Shown here piece after piece: positions 49,701-58,550 of a stretch of DNA of 64,000 nucleotides. The stretch is from IMG/VR virus record IMGVR_UViG_2974692648_000001, positions 160,001-224,000 of that record. One strand, given 5' to 3'. Numbering within the stretch: position 1 is the stretch's first letter; the number at the start of each line of letters is the position of its first letter. Source of the stretch: a virus. Lineage: Duplodnaviria; Caudoviricetes. The notes below the pieces were generated by a model. That model did not search any database. It saw nothing but the letters and a program-made list of their open reading frames with translations, and was not told the DNA's origin. A program made the translations under genes and the position numbers.

Positions 49701-52700
49701 CCGACTTCATTGGTTTACAACAACTTTGTTCCTAAGAAGTTCCCTATTGGTGCGCGTTACATATCTTCGGTCAGCCTTAACGATGATGACGGTAAGATTA
49801 CTGCAATGACTAGAGCGGTTAATGTAGAGGTTTACAACTCTGACAACCAAGTCATGGGCGAAGGTGTAATCGATGTTGATGGTAACGGTCGCATCCAATG
49901 GTCTACCAACTACGGTACTCCGAACCCAATCGAAACGTATGAGTTCCGAGATGGTTCAAAGGTGTTGTTCTCTATGACGGCTGGTCTTGTTACGTGGCCT
50001 AAGATTAAGATGACTCCTTACAACCTAACCAACCCGGTTATCGGTCAAACCATTACCGTTGGCGCGTTTGTTGAGAACGAGGAAGAGACGGAAGCAGTAG
50101 ATGGCATCTATGTGACGATGGAAGACAACTACGGTAACTTGCTTGCTGAAGGGGAAACGGATGAATTCGGTTTCTTTGACATCAGCTATGACCGTATTGG
50201 AGAAGAGTCACATATGTTCGTTCGAGCTAAATGTGGTCAAAGTTCTAACTATGAGACCGCTCCTTGGACTGACACCAACTCACCTCGTTGGGTAGACTTG
50301 CAGCTCACCAACCCACCAACTAGCGTGGATAACGACGGAAGTGTCTTCATGAACGGTATGATGCGGGATCAGGATGGTAATCCTGCTGACCGTGTTGCTT
50401 ACAGCGTTTATGATGTTCGTAACCGTAGCAGTATCGGTGGTCGTAGTAAATCAGACGGTCGCATCGAACCTTCCTTGGACAACATTGCATTGGGTAAAAA
50501 CCCTGTCGTTGTAACTAGTGCCAACGGGATGGTTAGACATGTGGTCAATTACAAAAAGATGCCGGCGTCTGCTGATATCGTAAGTGGTCATAGTGAAGCC
50601 ATGGCCTTTGATGGCAATCCTGAGGTCACTTATCAGCTGAAGGATAGTGAAGGGAACAACTACGTGCCTAACGAGGGCGAGGTGGTAAACTTACTTACTC
50701 AAAGCGGGCGCTACCAGAAACACGGCACCCCAGTAGGTCCGACGGGTTTAGTTACGATGCCTTGGTTCAGTAAAGGTATAGGGCATGAAGTCTACATCCT
50801 TGCTAACGAAGACATGTCTAAGGCTCTCAACACCACGCCTACTGAGCACATTGCGATTAAGGAAGTTAAAGTATTCCACGCTAGTGACTACCCTCAGTCT
50901 GGTGACCCGGGCATCATGTTGGCAAACGTTCAAGACTTTAACGATAACCCTATCCCTAATATCGAGTTCCGTGTGAAAAGCACTACCGATGGTTTCGAGT
51001 TAGATGCGGTTTACAAAACTGATGCCAACGGTGTTGGTAAGGTGTTGTTAGCCGGCCAGTCTGACGGAACAAACATCTCGGTCGAATTGACCTGTGGTAA
51101 TGCAGTTACAAGCTACTCTATTGGTTGGGAAGATGGAGGTGAGTCTAGTCCCGGAACGGTGATTTTAGATGCATTACCTTCGGAAGCTTCGGAAGACGAC
51201 AATCTTCCAATTACAGGTAAAGTTGTTGATAGTGAAGGGAATGGGATTAGTGACGCGTTCGTTTACTTGTACATAGGGACGCCGAATAGTACCTATTACC
51301 AAGAGGACTCTGTTAACGCGGATGCCGATGGACGTTTCTCTATCACCCCTTGGCTGGAATCAGGAAACCTCAAGTTCCTTGTAGTTAACGGGAACGACTT
51401 TGATAGTGCCGAAGTATTGTGTTACTCAACACCTATGGTTACTATGACTAACCTCACTATTCGTGATATTCACGAAAATCAGCGTGGTCGTGTCTCTGCC
51501 CTCTATAAGGACAGATACGGTAATCCGGTCCAAGGTGAAACTGTTGAGTTCCGATTTGACAGCGCAAGTGGTGAGTTAATAGATACCAAAACCACTAACG
51601 AGAAGGGTCATGCGTGGACTGAAGTTACTTGGACGCAAGCACAAGGACACAGTGAGATTTACGCTGTTTGTAATGAGGCATCGGACTCTACCTACATTAA
51701 TGTTGCAGAAGCGGGTGATGTCGCTCCAGTGGTTTCTACTATCGCTTGGCACAACAATGTTGGTTTCGTTCATCCAGAAATGCCAGCACTGATAATGGGT
51801 AAGGTATTAGACCAACACGGCAACCCGTACTCTAAAGCGGAGGTGAACTATTATCGTCCTGACATCGGATCAAGGAATATGACTTATACTGACTCAGATG
51901 GTAACTTTACCTTAGAGGTCAGTCCGGGTCGTTTCGATCCTACCCGTAAGGATTTGTTTGGTGTACGTGGTAAGTTTACTGAGATCGCTCCTAAGTGGAA
52001 CATGGGAACCAAGTTCAAGTCTGGAGCTATTAAGTTTAACAAACCTGATTTTCCTGAAGGCATTCCATACGACTCAACCATCACCTTATCCGGTACCGTA
52101 AAAGATACCGATGGAAGCATGGCTGAAGTGGGTGACGCTGTAATTAAACTGAAGGCGCGCGTTCGATCTGAAGGTTCGGAGCTAGGGTTGAAAGAGTTCA
52201 CGGTTTCACCTGACGGTACTTGGTCTGTTGACATCCCAACGCCGGATAAAGAAATTAAGTTCGATGTCTGGTTGGAAGATGAATACGGGAATGGTTGTGA
52301 TCGTGTCGCACTTTGGGCAGGTCCACCTAAGACCAAGACACTAGCGTTTGCTCCACCTACACATGACTACATCCCTGAAGGTCAGAATCATACACGAGTG
52401 GTTTACTACTTGCTGGATGAAGAAGGCAAACCTATGCCTAACGTATCCATCGACTTTAAATATAAAGGCGATGCTGATTCTCGTTGGAATTATGGTTCAA
52501 TGGATCGTACGGATGAAGATGGTCACGTTAACACCCGTATTCAGTTACGCAACAGCACGACTATTGAGTTACGTATTAAAGCTGAAGGGTTAACGACCAA
52601 ACACACTATCGTCAGAACAAGTGATCCGGTCGGCACGAACTTAGTTGGGGTTTATTACCCAGACTCAACCAGTGTCTCTCGTGGATTAACTGGTTGGGCT

Positions 52701-54383
52701 AAGTTAACTGACATTAGCGGTAAAGCGATCCCTGACCTTAGTGATGTGAAGGTTGGTATCTACGACCTTGTGACTAGGGAAACATACGACCTGAAACCTT
52801 GGATGTTGGATAACATCAACATTGCCTATAACTTTAATCCGCCAGCTGGCAGACATCGCTTCATGCAGTACTCCGACGCTTACATGGACTACTACCAAGT
52901 TCCTAAGGTGGTAGAGGTGACCGAAAGTGATCCTTCTGAGGTGGTAGTGCCTACGCAGGTAGTGTTATCTCCGACCATAGAAAACGGTGGTCTTGTGACA
53001 CGGTCGAACATGAACATTAAAACGGGATTCCGTTTAGTTGACGACCAGTACCGTGATTGGAATGCAACTGGCGAGGTAAATGTTTACGATGATTACGTTG
53101 GGCTACTGCGTGAGACCAAATCAGAGGGTGAAGTTCATCAGGTTCAGATATATGATCCACTCGATCCTGGTTTACGCACTTGGCGTGTGTTCGCTGACTA
53201 CAAAGAAGTTGGCACAATCCCAATCTTCATTGTGGAGGGTGACGACGTTATGAACTTGGTACCGGGATCTACTGTAGTTAACCGAGTGGATCAAACGGCG
53301 GTTGCGATGTTCGGTTGTTATTCAGCGACTAACATGACCCCTACTGTCGGTAAAACAGTAAACGTTTGGGAAGTTGGAAAGGAAGGAGCTAAACTGAGTC
53401 TAACCACTGACGATAGAGGATTAGTTGCGTTTGACTTACCGGCACAAACCACACCGGGTGTTTACCACTACATAGTGGAGTACGACGGTAATCAAGTGCC
53501 GTTCGACTTCCATTGGGTAGCTGCGGATATGGTATTGGGTGAAAGCTTTGGTGAGACATTCTTCCCGACTGTATGGGCTGAAGAAGAGTACCAAGGGTTC
53601 AAGGCCGAGGTAGTCGACCAGAACGGTGACGTCGTAAGTAACGGTGTGAAAGGTATTTCGGTTAAGGACCTTGATGATCCTGAAATGAATTACTGGTACA
53701 ACATCGATGGGGAATATGTGAGACCAGCTTACTTTACTAAGGGCAAACACTTAATTGGCATGTCGGCTGGTGCGGTAGCTGAGACGTTTAACATCTTCAG
53801 CGGTAATGCTACTGGACTCCGTACTTTGGCTTACGCTCAAGGTAAGGGTCTGGATGGTCAGAACCTGAAGGTGGCGTTTGGTCTAACTAACGAATCATTC
53901 GTACCGATTAACGGTGCAGTGGTTAAAGTGTGGATAGGAGAGAAATCAGGTGATTCTCATTACGAGGTGACTACTGGTACTTACGGTATCGCCGAGTTTG
54001 ACATTCCTCAGCCTGAGGGTGTGACACGCACTTGGTTGTACGCGGAATCAAATGGTCATGAGTTGAAGATACCGGTTGTTTGGGCTAAGAAACCAACACC
54101 AAGTAAATTCAGCACACTGACAGTTCCGACTTCAATCCCGGCAGGATCTACGCTGGACTTCTCTGCAACGATTGTTAACCAAGATGATACGCCAGATAGC
54201 ATCGATAGCTGGAAAGCTATTCATGGTGGTGTGTACGTTAAGGCTAACCAGAAGTTTGAGTACTTGTTCTCAGCGTCTGGCGATCATTCGTTAAACATCA
54301 TTGGTGATCTATCACCGGGTACTCACGAAATTGTGTTCTTCACATTGGCTGGGTACGAGGTGAAACAAATCACTATCACTTAA
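46731..54383 (+). CDS. Second giant Ig-like repeat protein (~2550 aa)
   Basis: ATG 46731 follows the RBS AAGGA. N-terminus MTGVIRGNLL is homologous to MAGIIRGNLL of the 36000 protein; same repeat motifs. Confidence 0.8.
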   Translation: MTGVIRGNLLKGDTTVKPDGPVSLTLKRDDGLPDTEVVTDADGNWQVEVESATKKKVKFSFFDKSKPLGEHEVEFVKELEIIPASGRFTKENLNGFHGRLIDQDLNPISDAEITYKRKYDDAENWIESSVTTNEHGYFNVMWGINELEPKKLYIQISYGDLSDEFTYDFSDGSLTTYFVDPVGQEELAPGETLKVVGRAFPNYGSGDVNLTEDAFLGHFVDNPLYFVDNSESLESGGKFSIDVDGTHATLMSNNGNLEVKPPVVQGLKPPAIMRFGVRSVLINNPDLHYSGSFPLTCSVYTADYKKPNVDSSELEFYDFNNSPHSYGSYLTEGNDRWYAGEDFVSIREGGYKHTVLCRGRPLADNYVRCFTDGDMLNLVGGTRNWVHVGNEVVNRLALTDNQGNPRSGVTVSFFKGDSETAFRQATTDDLGLVEITLPTESEVTRTFMRAEADGVEATWYNDWVPVTLEVVESVSTPFLPVYFDRDFFMFLTTPLGKDGQPFNPQDSGVYEGLTIQLLDRWYVRPYLSKRDGACEYLLPLQDDTNPIKGGRLSMTCDHFHTEKDVVVGKRVGLNPLPYAQGTSVANQDLTTGWLLLDDALEPVEGGVIDVWIDDRSGAVDHKLTTDKYGIVEITVPFKEGELVRKAYAKHGTDQFELELMWTEKNAACQITITPPQGDIGVDELVTFDVRSLDQHGNEVNEESPVLFNMYGFSNLGVYDKVTHKVEYLGSDRTTDVNVQTNDKVGEQELVFFTEAGFKTVKFNAIQRPVRNTDRLEYSSSTAFPDSEALVGFRVSDDNGQGVPGETVEIRYLGEEVDKLVGNTWIKVHEGGSDEVITTLTTDEFGIVEFPTTMPTDTGTHSWSGTTVSAGPKDRKGKTDVYVHWRDGIITDLKNVKSIPVTESGEKTVFSAELWENVSADNQVITEDNMHIHVYIKELDRTLENTGTFYKGHKVCSIDEVLPDGTYHAVLYVQNAQHEVTLSWGSVAGVNPTSLVYNNFVPKKFPIGARYISSVSLNDDDGKITAMTRAVNVEVYNSDNQVMGEGVIDVDGNGRIQWSTNYGTPNPIETYEFRDGSKVLFSMTAGLVTWPKIKMTPYNLTNPVIGQTITVGAFVENEEETEAVDGIYVTMEDNYGNLLAEGETDEFGFFDISYDRIGEESHMFVRAKCGQSSNYETAPWTDTNSPRWVDLQLTNPPTSVDNDGSVFMNGMMRDQDGNPADRVAYSVYDVRNRSSIGGRSKSDGRIEPSLDNIALGKNPVVVTSANGMVRHVVNYKKMPASADIVSGHSEAMAFDGNPEVTYQLKDSEGNNYVPNEGEVVNLLTQSGRYQKHGTPVGPTGLVTMPWFSKGIGHEVYILANEDMSKALNTTPTEHIAIKEVKVFHASDYPQSGDPGIMLANVQDFNDNPIPNIEFRVKSTTDGFELDAVYKTDANGVGKVLLAGQSDGTNISVELTCGNAVTSYSIGWEDGGESSPGTVILDALPSEASEDDNLPITGKVVDSEGNGISDAFVYLYIGTPNSTYYQEDSVNADADGRFSITPWLESGNLKFLVVNGNDFDSAEVLCYSTPMVTMTNLTIRDIHENQRGRVSALYKDRYGNPVQGETVEFRFDSASGELIDTKTTNEKGHAWTEVTWTQAQGHSEIYAVCNEASDSTYINVAEAGDVAPVVSTIAWHNNVGFVHPEMPALIMGKVLDQHGNPYSKAEVNYYRPDIGSRNMTYTDSDGNFTLEVSPGRFDPTRKDLFGVRGKFTEIAPKWNMGTKFKSGAIKFNKPDFPEGIPYDSTITLSGTVKDTDGSMAEVGDAVIKLKARVRSEGSELGLKEFTVSPDGTWSVDIPTPDKEIKFDVWLEDEYGNGCDRVALWAGPPKTKTLAFAPPTHDYIPEGQNHTRVVYYLLDEEGKPMPNVSIDFKYKGDADSRWNYGSMDRTDEDGHVNTRIQLRNSTTIELRIKAEGLTTKHTIVRTSDPVGTNLVGVYYPDSTSVSRGLTGWAKLTDISGKAIPDLSDVKVGIYDLVTRETYDLKPWMLDNINIAYNFNPPAGRHRFMQYSDAYMDYYQVPKVVEVTESDPSEVVVPTQVVLSPTIENGGLVTRSNMNIKTGFRLVDDQYRDWNATGEVNVYDDYVGLLRETKSEGEVHQVQIYDPLDPGLRTWRVFADYKEVGTIPIFIVEGDDVMNLVPGSTVVNRVDQTAVAMFGCYSATNMTPTVGKTVNVWEVGKEGAKLSLTTDDRGLVAFDLPAQTTPGVYHYIVEYDGNQVPFDFHWVAADMVLGESFGETFFPTVWAEEEYQGFKAEVVDQNGDVVSNGVKGISVKDLDDPEMNYWYNIDGEYVRPAYFTKGKHLIGMSAGAVAETFNIFSGNATGLRTLAYAQGKGLDGQNLKVAFGLTNESFVPINGAVVKVWIGEKSGDSHYEVTTGTYGIAEFDIPQPEGVTRTWLYAESNGHELKIPVVWAKKPTPSKFSTLTVPTSIPAGSTLDFSATIVNQDDTPDSIDSWKAIHGGVYVKANQKFEYLFSASGDHSLNIIGDLSPGTHEIVFFTLAGYEVKQITIT

Positions 54384-54395
54384 TCATAACTAACT

Positions 54396-54436
54396 ATAAC
54401 CGAGTAGGACTTTCGTCCTACTCGGTTATTTATGCA
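54396..54436 (+). terminator. Intrinsic terminator
   Basis: ATAACCGAGTAGGAC-TTTC-GTCCTACTCGGTTAT followed by TTATGC. Confidence 0.85.
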
Positions 54437-54471
54437 TCGTATAGACCCTAGCCATTAAGCAAGGAGTTATC

Positions 54472-57400
54472 ATGGGTGCCAAATTAGAATTTAAATTTAA
54501 CGAACAAGAACAAGTTTTAAAATACCTAAGCATAGAGAAAGAAACACTCCCTACGAAGCTAGTGGATGAACCTTCAGACGACGTACCGGAGCGTAACTGG
54601 GAGGAGTTATTAAAAGCACACTGGGAAGAAGACTCTCTGAGTTCTTTAAAGACCGTCCGATTCATGAAGGACTTTGAAAGATATCGAGCTAGACCTGATT
54701 TAAAGACCACCAATAAATCTTTCATCCGTACTATGGACGTATTCCGCCGCATGGGCATCAAGAACTGTGCTTTCCACTTACAACTTAACAACCCTATGTT
54801 GGTTGGAGTGGACCCTCGTTCCCCAGACTTAACAGATGATCAACGACTAATGATCATGAAAGAGATGCAAGAGAACTTCTGGTATTTCTTAAGGGAAGTG
54901 TGTCACTTAAACGGTGGTATCCGTTTCCGTGCTAACCGTGCTAACATTTCCTTTGCGTGGTGTTGGTTAAACCACCTGACTACAATGTTAATCCTCCCAC
55001 GTCAGCAAGGTAAAGAATTATCTGTTGATGCTAAAATCAAAACTATGAATGGATGGGTTCGAAACGGAGACCTTAAACCAGGTGATGTGATACTGACGTC
55101 TAAGGGTGATCCATGTAAAGTTAAGGGGGTTTATCCTCAAGGGGTTAAGTCTTTATATTGGGTTACTATGGAAGACGGTCGTCGGGTGAAGGCAGGTCTT
55201 GATCACTTGTGGAAAGTATTTGACTGGGGTAAGAATCGTTGGAAGATATGCAGTACTCGGGAATTGATCTCTGATTTATGTAAAGGACGTAAATGCAGTA
55301 TTCCTATCGCACTCCCAGAACACAAGACTGATGTTAAGCTTCCTGTCCACCCTTGGCTACTGGGGATGATCTTAGGAGGAAATGGGATTACTGGTGCGCT
55401 AACCAAGATTGGAAACAAAGATCCAATTGTGCGTCAAAAACTAGATCACATTCTAAGCCTCCACGAGAAACCTATAGTGACCGGAAAGGGGATCCCAGAC
55501 GAATACCTTACCTCATCTTATTTGCAGCGTGTGGAGCTTGTACAGGGCTTAATGGACGCTCATGGGGAAGTGACACCTACAGGTAATTTGTTATGGGTAA
55601 ATGACGACGTGGAATTCAACGTGCGTTTGACTGAGCTCGTTCGATCGGTAGGTGGCGTAGTTTATACAAGCGAAGATGGAACCTGTTTAGAAATCAACGA
55701 CCCTGCGTTAGACTTATTGGTTTCAGTAGATTATAAACGTAATCTGTTGAGACATAACTCTAAGGGTGTAGCGAGACCCACTCAGTTAGAGATTACTTCT
55801 ATTGAGTATGCTTGTGACGAAGAAGCGTTATGTATCGAGATAGATGACCCAGAACACCTGTACGTTACAGACGATTACATCGTAACCCACAACACGGTTA
55901 CTGCACAATGTATCTTTTTCTGGTTAACTTACATATCTGGTCGTGCTTACGAGTCTCACCTCATTACTCTGAAAGACGATAACCGACAACAATTCGTTGA
56001 TGCGATTAAGGGTATCCGTAACAATATCCCGTCGTGGATGACGAACGTCACCTACCGAGATAAAGACGCAGGTAACTCGTTAACGTACTCTGCCTTTGGT
56101 GATGAGGTTAAGAACAAACTCACTATATCGGTACCACAGATCGGTCAGGAAGCAGCACGAAACGTTGGTCGTGGTTTAACCATCAAGTCTCGTTTCATAG
56201 ATGAGCCTGCGTACATTAAGTGGATGGAAGAAATCCTCAACGGTGCTGGCCCATCTACGTTGACGGCTCGTGAAAACGCCCGCAGACTAAATGAACCTTA
56301 CGCTACTGGGTTCATTACAACACCTGCGAGTATACTGACAGAATCTGGTCAGTATATGTACAACATCCTCATGGAGTCTACGGAATGGCGTGAAAACTAT
56401 TTCGATACTTACGGGGAATCTCATCTGTACGATGTGCTGTTGAAGAACGCACCCAAAGCCACTACTAGTCCGTCAGTTGGCATGGTCTTCAACTACCTGC
56501 AACTTGGTAAGAACCGAGACTGGGTTAAGAAAACCATCGACGAACTTAAGTTGTCACTCAGTGAAGCTAAGATCGACTTGTTGTTGATGTGGGATGATAA
56601 TGGTAAAGGTAAGTTATTCGATGACGAAACTCGTGATGCGTTGAATGATGCTAAACGTGGTCGTAGTTGGAGTCAACAGATCTCCGGTACATCTTTGTTC
56701 TTTGACTGGTTCATCACAGAAGAAGAACATGCCGAGATTATGAGTGGTGGAAAGAACTCCACTTTCTACTTAATTGGTTTGGATACTTCTGGTGCGGTAG
56801 GTCGAGACGCTTGCACTATCGTAGTGCGAGATATCAGAGACGGCTCTGTAGCGGGTGTAGGGCGTTATCAGCGTGCTTTCTTAACCGAGGTAGGGATGGT
56901 GGTCCAAACATTGCTCATGGAGCTTCCTAACTCGCTATTGATACCAGAACGTAACTACGCTCACCACATGATCGATCAATTGTTACAATCACTCCCTGCT
57001 ATGGGACTGGATCCATTTAAGAAGATCTATAACCGCATCTTCCAAGATCCGATGAAATACCAAAACCATTACCGTGATATTAAAGCCCGCGCCTTTGGTA
57101 ATCGCAACGACGTGTTCTATTTGAAATACAAAGAGTTCTTTGGTTTCAACACTGGAGCGAAATCACGTGAGACCATGTACGGGTTCTTAGAAGAAGCGGT
57201 GAGCTTAACCGGGTCTGGGACCAACTACACTAAATTGATTGACGAGTTAACTAACTTGAAGATTAAGAACGGACGCATTGACCACGAAACTGGTAACCAC
57301 GATGATATCGTAATCAGTTGGTTATTAACATACTGGTTTATTAAGTTAGGGGAAAACAAAAATGAATACGGTATTCCTGCTGGCATTGCCTTAACTAACG

Positions 57401-57684
57401 TTAATATGTTACGCCTTGGTGAAACCAAGAAAGAACTCTCCGATCCAGTAAAACAAAAACGCATTGCTTTCTACCGACAAAAAATCGATGAAGTAAGTGC
57501 GAAGTTGATGGACTGTGATGACCCTATCATAGTCGCACGCCTTGAAGTGGCTCTGGAGCGTTTGCGTGATATGGTTCCGGATGATGTCCGTAAGTCGATT
57601 ACAATTGATGATATTAAACGTCAAGCTGAAACCGAGCGTAATAAACGTATGTTGGAAAACAAGCGTAAAGGGTATCGTCGTTAG
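54472..57684 (+). CDS. terL: Terminase large subunit (phiKZ gp25-like), intein-containing
   Basis: Walker A PRQQGK|T split by the intein; Walker B FIDE; ITT coupling motif; nuclease motifs IGLDTS and HDD. Confidence 0.93.
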   Translation: MGAKLEFKFNEQEQVLKYLSIEKETLPTKLVDEPSDDVPERNWEELLKAHWEEDSLSSLKTVRFMKDFERYRARPDLKTTNKSFIRTMDVFRRMGIKNCAFHLQLNNPMLVGVDPRSPDLTDDQRLMIMKEMQENFWYFLREVCHLNGGIRFRANRANISFAWCWLNHLTTMLILPRQQGKELSVDAKIKTMNGWVRNGDLKPGDVILTSKGDPCKVKGVYPQGVKSLYWVTMEDGRRVKAGLDHLWKVFDWGKNRWKICSTRELISDLCKGRKCSIPIALPEHKTDVKLPVHPWLLGMILGGNGITGALTKIGNKDPIVRQKLDHILSLHEKPIVTGKGIPDEYLTSSYLQRVELVQGLMDAHGEVTPTGNLLWVNDDVEFNVRLTELVRSVGGVVYTSEDGTCLEINDPALDLLVSVDYKRNLLRHNSKGVARPTQLEITSIEYACDEEALCIEIDDPEHLYVTDDYIVTHNTVTAQCIFFWLTYISGRAYESHLITLKDDNRQQFVDAIKGIRNNIPSWMTNVTYRDKDAGNSLTYSAFGDEVKNKLTISVPQIGQEAARNVGRGLTIKSRFIDEPAYIKWMEEILNGAGPSTLTARENARRLNEPYATGFITTPASILTESGQYMYNILMESTEWRENYFDTYGESHLYDVLLKNAPKATTSPSVGMVFNYLQLGKNRDWVKKTIDELKLSLSEAKIDLLLMWDDNGKGKLFDDETRDALNDAKRGRSWSQQISGTSLFFDWFITEEEHAEIMSGGKNSTFYLIGLDTSGAVGRDACTIVVRDIRDGSVAGVGRYQRAFLTEVGMVVQTLLMELPNSLLIPERNYAHHMIDQLLQSLPAMGLDPFKKIYNRIFQDPMKYQNHYRDIKARAFGNRNDVFYLKYKEFFGFNTGAKSRETMYGFLEEAVSLTGSGTNYTKLIDELTNLKIKNGRIDHETGNHDDIVISWLLTYWFIKLGENKNEYGIPAGIALTNVNMLRLGETKKELSDPVKQKRIAFYRQKIDEVSAKLMDCDDPIIVARLEVALERLRDMVPDDVRKSITIDDIKRQAETERNKRMLENKRKGYRR
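55015..55893 (+). mobile_element. Class 3 intein (293 aa) with a degenerate LAGLIDADG domain
   Basis: Starts ELSVDAKI and ends VTHN|T. WCT signature: HLW (block B), ALCIEI (block F), VTHN (block G). Confidence 0.9.
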
Positions 57685-57696
57685 GTAAAATGCAAA

Positions 57697-57732
57697 TATA
57701 ACTCCTACCTCCCTAGGGAGGTAGGAGTTATA
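57697..57732. terminator. Perfect 36-bp palindrome, bidirectional terminator
   Basis: TATAACTCCTACCTCCCT|AGGGAGGTAGGAGTTATA between the convergent terL and tmk genes. Confidence 0.8.
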
Positions 57733-57868
57733 ACTTTTATCGTCTTGCCGGAGCTTAAGTTACCGCCAAATAACTTAACGCAAGACTACCTTACCAAAAA
57801 GAGGAGTTATCATGTGTCCCACTTTCCAAACCTAGACCACACATAAAATGTAACACTTGGGTAAAAGT

Positions 57869-58492
57869 TTACATCCCGAGTCGTTTTAACTCTTCATAAA
57901 CTTCATCTGGATCATTAGAACGAATCACTTTAACGTTCGAACTTAATTGCAATAAACGCAATGAGTTCTGGTACTCTTTTTGGAAGTGACAGAAAACAGT
58001 TGGGTCACTGATGTGTGTCTCAATCGCTTCGGTTTCTTCTCGGTCTTTACCAAGTCGTTCGATGTAAGTTGGATGATCTATTTCCAAATAAACAACTACA
58101 TCCGGCGTCACGTTTTTAGATAGATAGCGACCTGCTTGTACGTTAGCCAGTAAAATGGCGTTGGCGTCGTGGTTTTTGTCTTGTTGGTAAACCATGGAGG
58201 TTAAGAGACAACGGTCCGTGATAACACACTGTCCTGCCTTTAGAGCCGGGTTTACTTTTTCTTCATAGAGTGCGACACGTTGGGCGACACTCATATGGAT
58301 CTGGGCAACCTTAGGGATCGTAGGGGAAATAACCATCTTACGGATAGTCTTCCATTCCTCAGAGTCTTTACGAGGTTCAGCGAGCAGTACGGGGCGTTCT
58401 AGGTTGTCCGCCTGCATCTTCTCTAAGATCTTTTCGATCATGGTGGATTTGCCGGCGTAATCTAAGCCTTCAAACGCAATTACTTTATTCAC
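57869..58492 (-). CDS. tmk: Thymidylate (dTMP) kinase
   Basis: FEGLDYAGKST P-loop; EP; TDR...SMVYQ; PD motifs. Confidence 0.92.
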   Translation of the reverse strand: MNKVIAFEGLDYAGKSTMIEKILEKMQADNLERPVLLAEPRKDSEEWKTIRKMVISPTIPKVAQIHMSVAQRVALYEEKVNPALKAGQCVITDRCLLTSMVYQQDKNHDANAILLANVQAGRYLSKNVTPDVVVYLEIDHPTYIERLGKDREETEAIETHISDPTVFCHFQKEYQNSLRLLQLSSNVKVIRSNDPDEVYEELKRLGM

Positions 58493-58515
58493 AACTTAAA
58501 AAATCCTTAATAAAA

Positions 58516-58541
58516 CGTAGGGAGTCTATAGACTCCCTACG
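58516..58541. terminator. Perfect 26-bp palindrome (terminator or processing hairpin)
   Basis: CGTAGGGAGTCTA|TAGACTCCCTACG; reads as hairpin plus TTTTA on the minus strand. Confidence 0.7.
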
Positions 58542-58550
58542 ATAGTAAAA

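Noticed and set aside
32930-54383. Diversity-generating retroelement or invertible cassette for fibre variation
   Set aside because: No reverse transcriptase, recombinase or near-identical DNA repeats were seen; the repeats are similar only at the protein level.
57771-57795. AACTTAAC...GACTA...CCTTACC resembling the intron/exon junction sequences (possible guide RNA)
   Set aside because: Matches are only 5-8 nt, in a permuted order, and partly explained by the local hairpin; chance cannot be excluded.
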